Shown here piece by piece: positions 9,679-19,000 of a stretch of DNA of 64,000 nucleotides (position 1 is its first letter; each line of letters opens with the position of its first letter). This DNA is from Candidatus Omnitrophota bacterium (GTDB lineage Bacteria; Omnitrophota; Gorgyraeia; Tantalellales; Tantalellaceae): NCBI GenBank assembly GCA_028715965.1, contig JAQUQS010000007.1:17644-81643 (forward strand), in the 5' to 3' direction. The position numbers and the translations under genes are program-made. The notes under the pieces are model-generated. The model had not been told where the DNA came from and did no database searches. It saw only the letters and a list, made by a program, of their open reading frames with translations.

Positions 9679-11169
9679 TTATCCTTTTATTACGCCCAGG
9701 GGCCTCATTTTAGCCACTTTCCCGGAGAGCCCGGCGGCCGTGACCACGTCTACGACATCAGAGACATCCTTATACGCTTCCGGCACCTCTTCGTGCAATG
9801 TATCCCTTCCGACATATCTTACAATAACGCCTTTTTGCTCCATTTCCCTGGCTATATGTCGACCGGCTGTGTGTTTTTTCGCGGCCGTTCTGGACATCAA
9901 GCGTCCGGCTCCGTGGCAAGTGGAATAAAATGTCTCCGAGGCTCCTTCTTTCCCAGACAGGACAAAAGAGCACCTCCCCATGTCCCCGGGGATCAGGACC
10001 GGCTGGCCTGTATCTTTATACCTGCCGGGCAGGTCCACATGCCCCGGAGGCAGGGCCCTTGTAGCGCCTTTACGATGAACGCAAAGCTCTTTCTCTCTGC
10101 CGTTATCCACATGCTTCTCTATCTTGGCGATGTTATGGGCGACATCATAGACAAGGTGCATCCCGAGCCTCTCCGCGCTGTCAGCGAACACACGTTCGAA
10201 CACCTCGCGGGTGAGATGTGTAAGTATCTGCCGGTTACACCACGCGTAATTAGCCGCGCATCTCATGGCACCAAGATAATCCTCACCTTCGGTGCTCTTC
10301 ACGGGAGCGCAAGCAAGCTGCCTGTCGGGCAAACGCAGGCCCGTATGGTTCGTAAGCCTGATCATTCTTTCAACATAGTCACCGCATACCTGATGTCCGA
10401 AACCGCGGCTACCCGTATGGATCATGACCGTAACAAGCCCTTTTTCCAGTCCGAATGCGCGAGCTGCGTCCGTGTCGTATATCTCCTCGACCACCTGGAC
10501 CTCCAGGAAATGGTTCCCTGACCCCAGGGTACCGGGCTGGTCCTTGCCTCTTTCAAAAGCCCTCGTTGAGACTTTCGATGGGTCCGCTCCGCAAATGGCC
10601 CCGTTCTCTTCCGAATATTCCAAGTCCTCAGACCATCCATAGCCCCTTTTCACGGCCCACTTCGCGCCTTTTAAAAGTATTTCCTGTTCCCTGGCAAGAT
10701 CCACCCTGATCTTACCGCTGGAACCGACTCCCGCCGGGACATACCCGAACAAAGCGTCCATAAGCTCCTTTATCCTGGGCTTGAGGTCCATGGCCGGGAT
10801 AGAGGTCCTAAGGAGGCGTACTCCGCAATTTATGTCGTACCCCACCCCTCCCGGCGTCACCACTCCATCGGAAACTATATCCGTAGCGATCACGCCGCCT
10901 ATGGGCAACCCGTATCCCCAGTGTATATCCGGCATCGCCATTGACGCGCGCACTATCCCGGGGAGACAAGCAGCGTTAGCCACTTGTTGAAGCGCGTTGT
11001 CGCTGACGATATCTTTCATCATCTTCTCGTCCGAGTATATGATGCCTTCCACTTTCATGCCGGGCATATATGAGGACGGGATCCGCCATCTTATCCCGTC
11101 CACGCGTTCAAGGGTTATCGTCCCATGTTTCCCCGTCATACGACCTTCCATACTTAATTCAAACATCAA
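9679..11169 (-). CDS. rtcB: RNA-splicing ligase RtcB
   Basis: 496 aa with the MPDIHWGYG, NHAGRG and HGAGR metal/GTP motifs characteristic of RtcB. Confidence 0.9.
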   Translation of the reverse strand: MMFELSMEGRMTGKHGTITLERVDGIRWRIPSSYMPGMKVEGIIYSDEKMMKDIVSDNALQQVANAACLPGIVRASMAMPDIHWGYGLPIGGVIATDIVSDGVVTPGGVGYDINCGVRLLRTSIPAMDLKPRIKELMDALFGYVPAGVGSSGKIRVDLAREQEILLKGAKWAVKRGYGWSEDLEYSEENGAICGADPSKVSTRAFERGKDQPGTLGSGNHFLEVQVVEEIYDTDAARAFGLEKGLVTVMIHTGSRGFGHQVCGDYVERMIRLTNHTGLRLPDRQLACAPVKSTEGEDYLGAMRCAANYAWCNRQILTHLTREVFERVFADSAERLGMHLVYDVAHNIAKIEKHVDNGREKELCVHRKGATRALPPGHVDLPGRYKDTGQPVLIPGDMGRCSFVLSGKEGASETFYSTCHGAGRLMSRTAAKKHTAGRHIAREMEQKGVIVRYVGRDTLHEEVPEAYKDVSDVVDVVTAAGLSGKVAKMRPLGVIKG

Positions 11170-11581
11170 AAACTATCGTAGCCTCATATCCTGACGATGT
11201 CCTTATTATTTCCAGATCATGGTAGGTAGCGGCCTTTATCTCCTTGAGGACCGCAGAAGCAGTCGCTGGATACTTTTCCCCGGCAGCTAAGGCCCTCATC
11301 CTGTTGCCATCGGTTATCTCCACGCTAAACCCGTGAAAGAAAACATTTTCTTTCACGGATCTATATAGAAGTTCATTCAGCCAGGAAATAAGCAGGCTTT
11401 CCGTATCCGGGGCATCCCTCTCGATAGGCAGGGCGAACTCCTCTCCCCGGATATCTCCCTTTCCCATCATGTCAAACATGGCAAAAGCCGCGTTCTCAAA
11501 AAGTCCCTTTAAGCTGCCGCCATATACCCTGGCCGCCAGATCCGCGGTATGCTCCACCTGTTCATATCGCTTCATCTTCAT
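11159..11581 (-). CDS. Archease (RtcB activator)
   Basis: 140 aa with the EHTAD motif (YEQVEHTADLAARVYG). It overlaps rtcB by 11 bp. Confidence 0.85.
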   Translation of the reverse strand: MKMKRYEQVEHTADLAARVYGGSLKGLFENAAFAMFDMMGKGDIRGEEFALPIERDAPDTESLLISWLNELLYRSVKENVFFHGFSVEITDGNRMRALAAGEKYPATASAVLKEIKAATYHDLEIIRTSSGYEATIVFDV

Positions 11582-11796
11582 ATATATATTATAAATCCCG
11601 CGAATGAGTATACAAATAGAAATATGGGGACTGGTACTGCCAAAGCTTATGCTCCCGCTGATGTGCCTGTTCGTTCAGGGGGTTTCGCGACACTTCCTCA
11701 GACATTGCGTCTTCGGTCGTCCCCGTTAAAAACGAGGGACTGGTTCAGTCTTGAAAACAGTGACCGGGATACCTTGCAGAACAAAAACGGCATTGA

Positions 11797-12297
11797 TCAG
11801 GGTTTGCGCGCTATTATATCTTTCGAATAGATAACGATACCGTCATCGTTAGAATAGAAATCGTCGATAAGACCGACCTCGCGGAATCCCTGGCCAACAT
11901 AGAACCTGCGTGCCAACAGATATTCTTTGCGTGAAGATGTTTCGACCCTGATTATTGCCCGGGGGACCTCTTTGAACATTTTTTCTTCGGCTTTCGCCAA
12001 TAGCTTCTTTCCTAGTCCCGTCCCCTGGTGCGCCTTATCAACAACAAGCCAGTATATATCCCATCCGAAGTCCGTAAGCGGGGTACGGCCGAATATCAGG
12101 TATCCCACGAGTTTTCCATCTACTTCTTCGCTTATGACCCGGTAAGCGCTTTCCTTGGCGGTCAACATGTCCGAGATGATCTCTCCCAGGACAACTATCT
12201 CTTTTTCCCTGAAGACCCCTGTTTGGTGGGCCATTTTAACCATTTGTTCCGAACATGGTACAGTAGCTATCATATGCGTCTCATTTCCCGGGGACAA
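11797..12297 (-). CDS. GNAT family N-acetyltransferase
   Basis: QGTGLGKKLL acetyl-CoA binding motif. It is the last gene of the KamA operon. Confidence 0.8.
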   Translation of the reverse strand: MSPGNETHMIATVPCSEQMVKMAHQTGVFREKEIVVLGEIISDMLTAKESAYRVISEEVDGKLVGYLIFGRTPLTDFGWDIYWLVVDKAHQGTGLGKKLLAKAEEKMFKEVPRAIIRVETSSRKEYLLARRFYVGQGFREVGLIDDFYSNDDGIVIYSKDIIARKP

Positions 12298-13279
12298 GCC
12301 CCGCTCCTAATATGCCCTCTATAATATCCTCGTACTTGAGCCCTTTTGAATATCCTTGACGCGCGAACCCGCTGTCAGTATTTATATCCGGGTTCGGATT
12401 AACGTCGAGAACATACAGTTTCCCATCTCGTTCCCTGAGGTCTACCCGGAAATATCCCCTGCATCCAAGAGCGTTCGCCGCCTCCCGGCTGACCTCAATG
12501 ACCTTATCCCTCCATTTTCTATCGTCCGGAAGGAGTACTTCCGGCATAAGACGTTTATATTCCGGCGAATCCGCTTTCCATTTGGACGAAAAATTCAGGT
12601 ACTGTCCGCGTCCCTTGGTAGTGCCGTAATCAAGCATCGATACCCCGATAACATCATAGGGGTATTCCCCTGTAAATCCGGCGTTGAACTCTATCCCGGG
12701 TATGAACTCCTCGACCATAAGCCCGGCGGGGAAGCGTTCCAATTTATCCAGGACATAGCTTGCCATCTCTTCATCGTTATAAGCCAGTGACATGCGGTCT
12801 ATGCCTACGCTCGCGTCCTCGGATACCGGTTTGATGAACACCGGAAGATCCCCGGTAAAAGTCCCCAGGTCGCCAAATGTCCTGACGACCACTCCTTCGG
12901 GGACATCTATCCCGTGTTCGGCCAATATCTTTTTGGCACCCCCCTTGTCAAGACACGCCTCAAGCGCGCCAGATCCGTTACCCGTGAACGGTATCTTTTC
13001 CTCCTCCAGCATCTTCACGAACACTATCTCCTGGAAAGTATTATCGGAAAAACCTTCGAAAAGGTTGAAAACGCGATCGGGGGCATATTCCCGTATGTCC
13101 CGGACCAGTTTATATGGATCGCGTGAAAACTCCTTCTGTGTGACATCGAGATAAGATACGGCATATCCCCGCGCCTCAAGGGCTCCTTTAACCGAATTAC
13201 GGCACCGCAGGGCGTCCAGAGTATCTTCTCTGGGCACTTCGTCTATTCCGGCGGATATCATTATTTTTTTTGTTTTCAT
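12281..13279 (-). CDS. D-Ala-D-Ala ligase family ATP-grasp enzyme (paralog 2)
   Basis: Ddl-like motifs: PYTGS-like, KP..GSS.G, E.F.PG.E, RVD and DVNP.PG. An ATG at 13279 has an AAGG Shine-Dalgarno. The alternative is a GTG at 13312 forming a GTGA overlap with the upstream gene. Confidence 0.75.
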   Translation of the reverse strand: MKTKKIMISAGIDEVPREDTLDALRCRNSVKGALEARGYAVSYLDVTQKEFSRDPYKLVRDIREYAPDRVFNLFEGFSDNTFQEIVFVKMLEEEKIPFTGNGSGALEACLDKGGAKKILAEHGIDVPEGVVVRTFGDLGTFTGDLPVFIKPVSEDASVGIDRMSLAYNDEEMASYVLDKLERFPAGLMVEEFIPGIEFNAGFTGEYPYDVIGVSMLDYGTTKGRGQYLNFSSKWKADSPEYKRLMPEVLLPDDRKWRDKVIEVSREAANALGCRGYFRVDLRERDGKLYVLDVNPNPDINTDSGFARQGYSKGLKYEDIIEGILGAGLVPGK

Positions 13280-13308
13280 GGTAACCTTACGACATCCAGG
13301 GGCAGGGG

Positions 13309-14337
13309 TCACACGACGATACCCGAACGTTTCACCTCGGTCATGCGCGCGCCATAACGGGCAAGGGCTTCTTCCACTATCCTTTTTATGAGCTCTCCGT
13401 AACTCCTGCCGGCCATACGGATCATTATCACAAGATCGCTGTAATGTGGGGATAGCCCCGGCAGCGGATTAACATCTATTATCCTTGGGATACCCAAGGC
13501 ATCCACCCTGAGATCTATACGCGCTATATCCCTAAGAGATAACGCCTTGAAAGCCGCGGTCGCGTACTCCGCTATCTTCCTCCTCACTTCAGCGGCCACC
13601 GCGTCCTCCCCTTCATAGAGTATCTTTTTCTTCCAATCCCGCTTTTGTTCTATGGAATATATGAATCTGTCCCGGTTTTCCCGGGGAGATATCTTCATCA
13701 TGCCCAGAAGCTCCGGCACGTCATTCCCGGAGACCGCGGCTGTTATCTCACTTCCCGGCATATACTCCTCGACAAGCACAGGTTGTCCATATCGCCCAAG
13801 TATCCTTGAGGCTTTTTCCACCAGTTCCACGGGCCCCGAGGCGATAGAATCGTCAAAAATGCCCCGGGAAGAGCCTTCCCATCTGGGCTTGATGACCCAG
13901 TACCCCTCCTTCTCGATAGCCTGGCTTATCCGGGATATGTCCTCCCGGTCCCCGGCGCTGAATGCGCGAGGCACAGGTACGCCAGCCTGGTGAAGGACCA
14001 CATTTGTCAGGTATTTATCAAGCGTTATCCCAAGTGCGATAGGGTCCGATCCCGTGTACGGGATATCCAGGCTTTCCAGGATACACGGCACCTGGGATTC
14101 CCTGGACCTTGTGTGCCCGATACCTTCGGCGATATTGAAGACCATATCCGGCCTCTTCCTAATAAGCTCTGAGGCCAGGTCCTCCTTCTGGTCGAACAGG
14201 GTGACCTCAAAACCAAGAGCCTCTATCTCATCTTTTATCGCCAGGATAGTCTCTATCTCATCGTACTCTTCATGGAGATCGTCCGTTCTTGTCTTGTCCT
14301 TTAAGTTATAGACTATCCCGATAGAACGTATATTCAT
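13309..14337 (-). CDS. D-Ala-D-Ala ligase family ATP-grasp enzyme (paralog 1)
   Basis: PYTGSDP, KPRWEGSSRGI, EEYMPGSEIT, RIDLRVD and DVNPLPG match the Ddl fold. Confidence 0.8.
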   Translation of the reverse strand: MNIRSIGIVYNLKDKTRTDDLHEEYDEIETILAIKDEIEALGFEVTLFDQKEDLASELIRKRPDMVFNIAEGIGHTRSRESQVPCILESLDIPYTGSDPIALGITLDKYLTNVVLHQAGVPVPRAFSAGDREDISRISQAIEKEGYWVIKPRWEGSSRGIFDDSIASGPVELVEKASRILGRYGQPVLVEEYMPGSEITAAVSGNDVPELLGMMKISPRENRDRFIYSIEQKRDWKKKILYEGEDAVAAEVRRKIAEYATAAFKALSLRDIARIDLRVDALGIPRIIDVNPLPGLSPHYSDLVIMIRMAGRSYGELIKRIVEEALARYGARMTEVKRSGIVV

Positions 14338-14352
14338 CTCTTCCCTGTTCCT

Positions 14353-15489
14353 TTATGCCGGGTTGTGGTATTCGAACACCTCTTTGGCGTAATTGCGCAG
14401 AAAAAGGCTTTTGTCCGTTACCGAGACTATATAATTCGGCGCTATAGGTATCTTCCCCTTACCATCGACCCCATCAACAACGAACGTCGGAAGGCACATC
14501 CCGCTTGTATGCCCTCTCATACTATCCATTATTTCCATACCCTTGAACACGGATGTCCTGAAATGCGCGGCACCTACCACGGGATCACACTGGAACAGGT
14601 AATATGGCCGTACCCGTATACTCTGGAGTTTATGGCAAAGCTCCGTCATCACACCCGGATCATCATTGATACCCTTTAAAAGGACGGATTGGTTGCTCAT
14701 GGGCACACCCGTCATCTGTATCCGCCGGCACGCCTCGGTGGCCTCCCCTGTAACTTCACGCGGATGATTGAACTGCACGTTGATCCATAGTTTTGGATAT
14801 TTCGAGAATACAGCACAAAGCTCAGAGTCTATCCTGTTAGGGAGCACTACCGGGGCCCTCGTCCCGATGCGAACTACCTCTATGGTGCTTATGGCTGAAA
14901 CGGCCGAAAGTATATGTTCGATCTTTTCCGTAGATAAGGTCAGTGGATCCCCGCCTGAAACTATTATTTCCCTTATCTGTTCGTTCTCACGCACATAATT
15001 CAGCGCCTCGTCTATATCCTCAAGTGACGGTTCGGCCACGGCGCATCTCCATAACCTTTTGCGGGTACAATGGCGGCAGTACATGAAACATCTACCCGTC
15101 ACGAGCAAAAGGGCCCTGTCGGGATACCGGTGTATAAGGTACCTCGTCGCTTCCGTCTTAACTTCTCCGAGCGGGTCCATCTTGTCATGTTCCGAGTATT
15201 TGATCTCTTCGGGCGATGGCACACACTGCATATATATAGGATCTTTAGTGTCTTCTATGTTCTTTATCAATGAAAGGTAATACTTCGGTATCCTTAAATG
15301 GAAGAGTTTCGCTACTTTTCGCAGGGTTTCTTTCCTGCCCTTAAGTAATGGGATGTTCCTGGAAAGGTCATCAATATTCTTTATCGAGTTCGCATCTTCA
15401 TCCTGCCACGTACTTGTTGCGGCCTCGCATAACGTACCGGGAGGCTCGTCCATCTCCGCGGCCAGACACAAACCTGTTTCTTTTTCCAT
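14353..15489 (-). CDS. Lysine 2,3-aminomutase family radical SAM enzyme (KamA/AblA/EpmB-like)
   Basis: CFMYCRHCTRKR is the CxxxCxxC motif. YLIHRYPDRALLLVTGRC and the C-terminal PLP-binding region match KamA. Confidence 0.85.
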   Translation of the reverse strand: MEKETGLCLAAEMDEPPGTLCEAATSTWQDEDANSIKNIDDLSRNIPLLKGRKETLRKVAKLFHLRIPKYYLSLIKNIEDTKDPIYMQCVPSPEEIKYSEHDKMDPLGEVKTEATRYLIHRYPDRALLLVTGRCFMYCRHCTRKRLWRCAVAEPSLEDIDEALNYVRENEQIREIIVSGGDPLTLSTEKIEHILSAVSAISTIEVVRIGTRAPVVLPNRIDSELCAVFSKYPKLWINVQFNHPREVTGEATEACRRIQMTGVPMSNQSVLLKGINDDPGVMTELCHKLQSIRVRPYYLFQCDPVVGAAHFRTSVFKGMEIMDSMRGHTSGMCLPTFVVDGVDGKGKIPIAPNYIVSVTDKSLFLRNYAKEVFEYHNPA

Positions 15490-15844
15490 AGACTCCTCCT
15501 AAAAAAAGACCCCTCAGATCACGAAGATATGAAGGGGTTCACTTGCGCAAATTGTTATTTTGCCTATGTCCTTTGCTTAGACACGTTTTATTTATGTATT
15601 CAACTGAAGAATATACAACAAAACGGCTTATTGTCAATTGAAATCACGTTTTTTATTGCAGGGGCCGTGTCTTCCTTTACGTCTATGCCATGCCTCCCCG
15701 CGCCGGTCATGGGCCGGACGCGCACTGTAATAATATGGGCCGTAGGGTACAAGTACAGATATTTACCCGGCCATAAGCATCCTAAGTCCCCCGACAAACA
15801 TGGCCACTGGCTCCCGGGTAATCTCCCTTCGGGCAAAATTTTTA

Positions 15845-16014
15845 AAGTGGTGAGCCGCCTCGACGCGGAGGTCTCGGCACCCGCTCGCACATTTCGTGTT
15901 CGCTTGCCTTGGTCGCTCAGGGCTACAATGCTCCTACTCGTCTCATTGTCCACGCCCTTCTCGACACTTCCTCGGCCATTACGGCCTCGGTCGGACTCGG
16001 GGCTTTACATCTAA
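15845..16014 (+). repeat. Repeat family copy 1 (~170 bp), 5' end matches the tRNA-Lys 3' end
   Basis: aagtggtgagccgcctcgacgcggaggtctcgg...ctaaagcttattcc is nearly identical to 23754..23934 and 23997..24178. Confidence 0.9.
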
Positions 16015-16083
16015 AGCTTATTCCCACTCGTCCTCGCCTAAAACCTATAGATCCCGCCCGGCTAACACAGTGCCGGCGGATAT

Positions 16084-19000
16084 TTATTCACCGCATATAT
16101 ACTCTTCCCCCTTGAACGTATAGCCGGTAAATGTTGACCGGTTCTTAAGGATGGCGTTATATTTGGAGAGGATCTCGCTCTCACTGACGCTTCCGGATGG
16201 AGCATTTCTATCCTCTTTCCCGGCAAGATCAAGCGTACCGTTCTCGAATATGGCCACGATCCCGCCTTCAGTATCGTATTCGTAAATACTCAACAGATCC
16301 TCCGGATCCCTGTCGGTAGAGGAATACGCGTACACGAAGTGTAATGCCCCATCGTCCTCACCCTCATAATACTCGAATTCAAGCGCGCGTTCCCCTTTTG
16401 AATTGGCTTCCGCATACATCGTTGAAACAAGTATCTTCCCTGCCATATCATACTCGTAAACCGCTACAAGCTCATTCGAAGCACATGAAGTCGCGGAATA
16501 CGAAGAAACCCTGCTCGGCTGTATGGAATCCGCGTAATATTCGTACTTGAACGCGATCTCCCCCTTAGCGTTCGTTGCCTCAAGATGGGCTTCATCCGCC
16601 CTGGGCGCGCCCTGTGTATTCCAGGCCTGGTCGATATCCTCGTCGATGTAATGGTAATAGACCATCCCGCAAACATCTGCTTTCGGCATGGTCCGTGATT
16701 TCATGCGCTTTTCATTATCGGACGCCTCCGGGTTATAATATTCTGTGCTGCTTCCGTTCCAATCCCCGTTGTATCTTAAAAACCCCGAGAACACGGGATT
16801 ATGCGGATCCGTTACGTCGATATTTTCCCATTCCCATTGCCCGTAACGTTGATATTCATCGCCTATGACACTGTAGACATGCGCTATCCCGTCATAATAT
16901 TCCATTAACTCCCTGCCATATCCACGAAACTCCCAGTTCTCGTCAAGATAGTACTTTATAGAAGTATCCGGATCTTCTATATACGCTTTCATGAACCAGG
17001 ATTCCGGGTAATATACTATCTCCCATGATGTTTCTTCCGGCAGAAGCTGGCCTTCCTGATCGAACGTTTCGGTCACCACAGGGTTTGATAGTACGGGTAT
17101 GGAAGTATCCAGCTTATACTCAGCGGTATGATATCCTTTTCTTACGCTGACTATGTCCGTACCCTCATGGTATTCATACGTATACGCTTTCACTCCATAT
17201 TTATCGCCCGCTTTCAGTATGGATACGTCTATTCTACCCTCTTCATCGTAGTGAAAATAAACATAAGCCGGATCATCAAGATCTGGCCCCCTGACCGATT
17301 CTATCTCTCCTGTATCCGGATAATACGTGTACACTGTCCCGTAAAACCAGTCTTGCAGGGCCTGGTAATCCATCGCGTCAAGCGCGTTACCCTTATCATC
17401 CCAGAAAAGAAGCCCGTCATATCCGTGGTCGGCCAGTGTATCAAGTTTATTCGTCACATACGTCGGATCTATTTCCCCGCCTATAACAGGTTTCCCTTTC
17501 AGGTAATTGGGAGAGTAAAAATACTGCATCTTATCGTTCTTGTAACCGAACAGGTTGAGGCTCGCTTTGTCATAATCGGGGCTCTCCGTATTATCACCCT
17601 GCCAGTACTTGTAACTGTCATAATAATGGAACTGATAAAGATCAAGCACGCTCAGGTCCCCGTCGGCGCAAGCGTTATCGTAACTGACCCAGTACTTCAT
17701 CATCTCGGATTTTGTCAGACTGCCTACCGTGACCAGCGCTTCTGGATCTTTCTGGTGTATCATCGTCACGAATTTCCTCACGAATACCTGCATCTCTTCC
17801 ATCGTTACGCCTGTTATGTCCCCCAAATGCCCTTCACATGAGATCTCCGGCTCATTGATGACATCCCACGCGTATATGGCGTCATAATTGGCCAGTTTCA
17901 TGACCTCGTCGAAAAACCAGTCGAAATGAGCCAGCAAGACAGCCGTCGCGTTCTCGTCCTTTATAAGATCGACGTGCTCGTGGTCGGAAACACTTTCCAC
18001 GCCATCGGCCATCCTGTAATCGAATAATGTCGGGATAAGTTTTATGTTAAGTTCTTTCGCCGTATTCAAAAGCGTCTCCATGTCCTGTATGACGAAATCG
18101 GTGAACCCCGTAAAAGACCCGTTAGCGTCGAACATCATGCCGGCCCTCATATCGGCGAACAGGAACAACCTTACATATCCGTCTTTCCACTTTTCAAGGC
18201 CCGCCCTCAGTTCCTCATATCCCGTAAGGTTCTCCCATCCGCTTCGTCCCCTCGAATACCCGCTATGCCAGCCATCGACCGACCTTACTCCGATCCCTTC
18301 CCCGTAACGTATCCATGGCAGGTTACCCATGCCTATGAATTCCTTATCTCCGGCCGCGGCTACACGCTTTTCCAAAAGAGCGCCGTCTATCCTGTATGTC
18401 CTGGTTTCCAGCAAAGTATCCGTATCGCCGTCGTACTCAAAAACGGTATAGGACCCGTCCGGGAAAGTTTTTTTAATAAGACGTCCGTGCGCCTCATACG
18501 GTTCCGATAAAGGTAATGATATCAATAGCCCCTTTACGTCATCCTGGGTAAACCCGTTTTCCGGCAAAGCGTTAGCGTTGATATACGCGATAAGCTCTCT
18601 TATGCCCAATGTCCCGGGATCCACACCGATAAGGAAATCCTTCAGATCGCTGGGCTCATCGGCATAGTAAATAAGATCACTTAAAAACTGCCCAGCCTCT
18701 TTATCCGCGTAAAAAGCTTCGTCAGCATACTCATAAGTTATCTCCGTAGCCTCCTCCGCCTTAGTGAACTCACCTGCCTTTGTAGCGCACTCGAACCTGG
18801 TGTGTACTCTTCCCGAATCATAATACGTAAAAGGATATTCGGGGCCGGCGTGATCTGGCATGCCATAGGGGAAATGCGGAATGATCTCGTAAACGCTGAA
18901 GTTATCGAGATATACCTCATATAGCGTACCGGTAGTGATCTCTTCACCTGTCTCGAGCATGTTGGTCGCGGCTTCCCAGTCGATAGCGGTCTCTATATCG

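Noticed and set aside
12281-13312. GTG start at 13312 for the second Ddl-like gene
   Set aside because: The ATG at 13279 has a better Shine-Dalgarno (AAGG 5 nt upstream). The GTGA overlap remains possible.
15909-16115. Plus-strand ORFs translating the repeat (15909..16115, 23759..23998, 24000..24242: MVAQGYNAPTRLIVHALLDTSSAIT...)
   Set aside because: The three copies are near-identical at the nucleotide level, consistent with a repeat rather than protein selection. No RBS is present. Each starts immediately after a terminator. They are treated as non-coding repeats.
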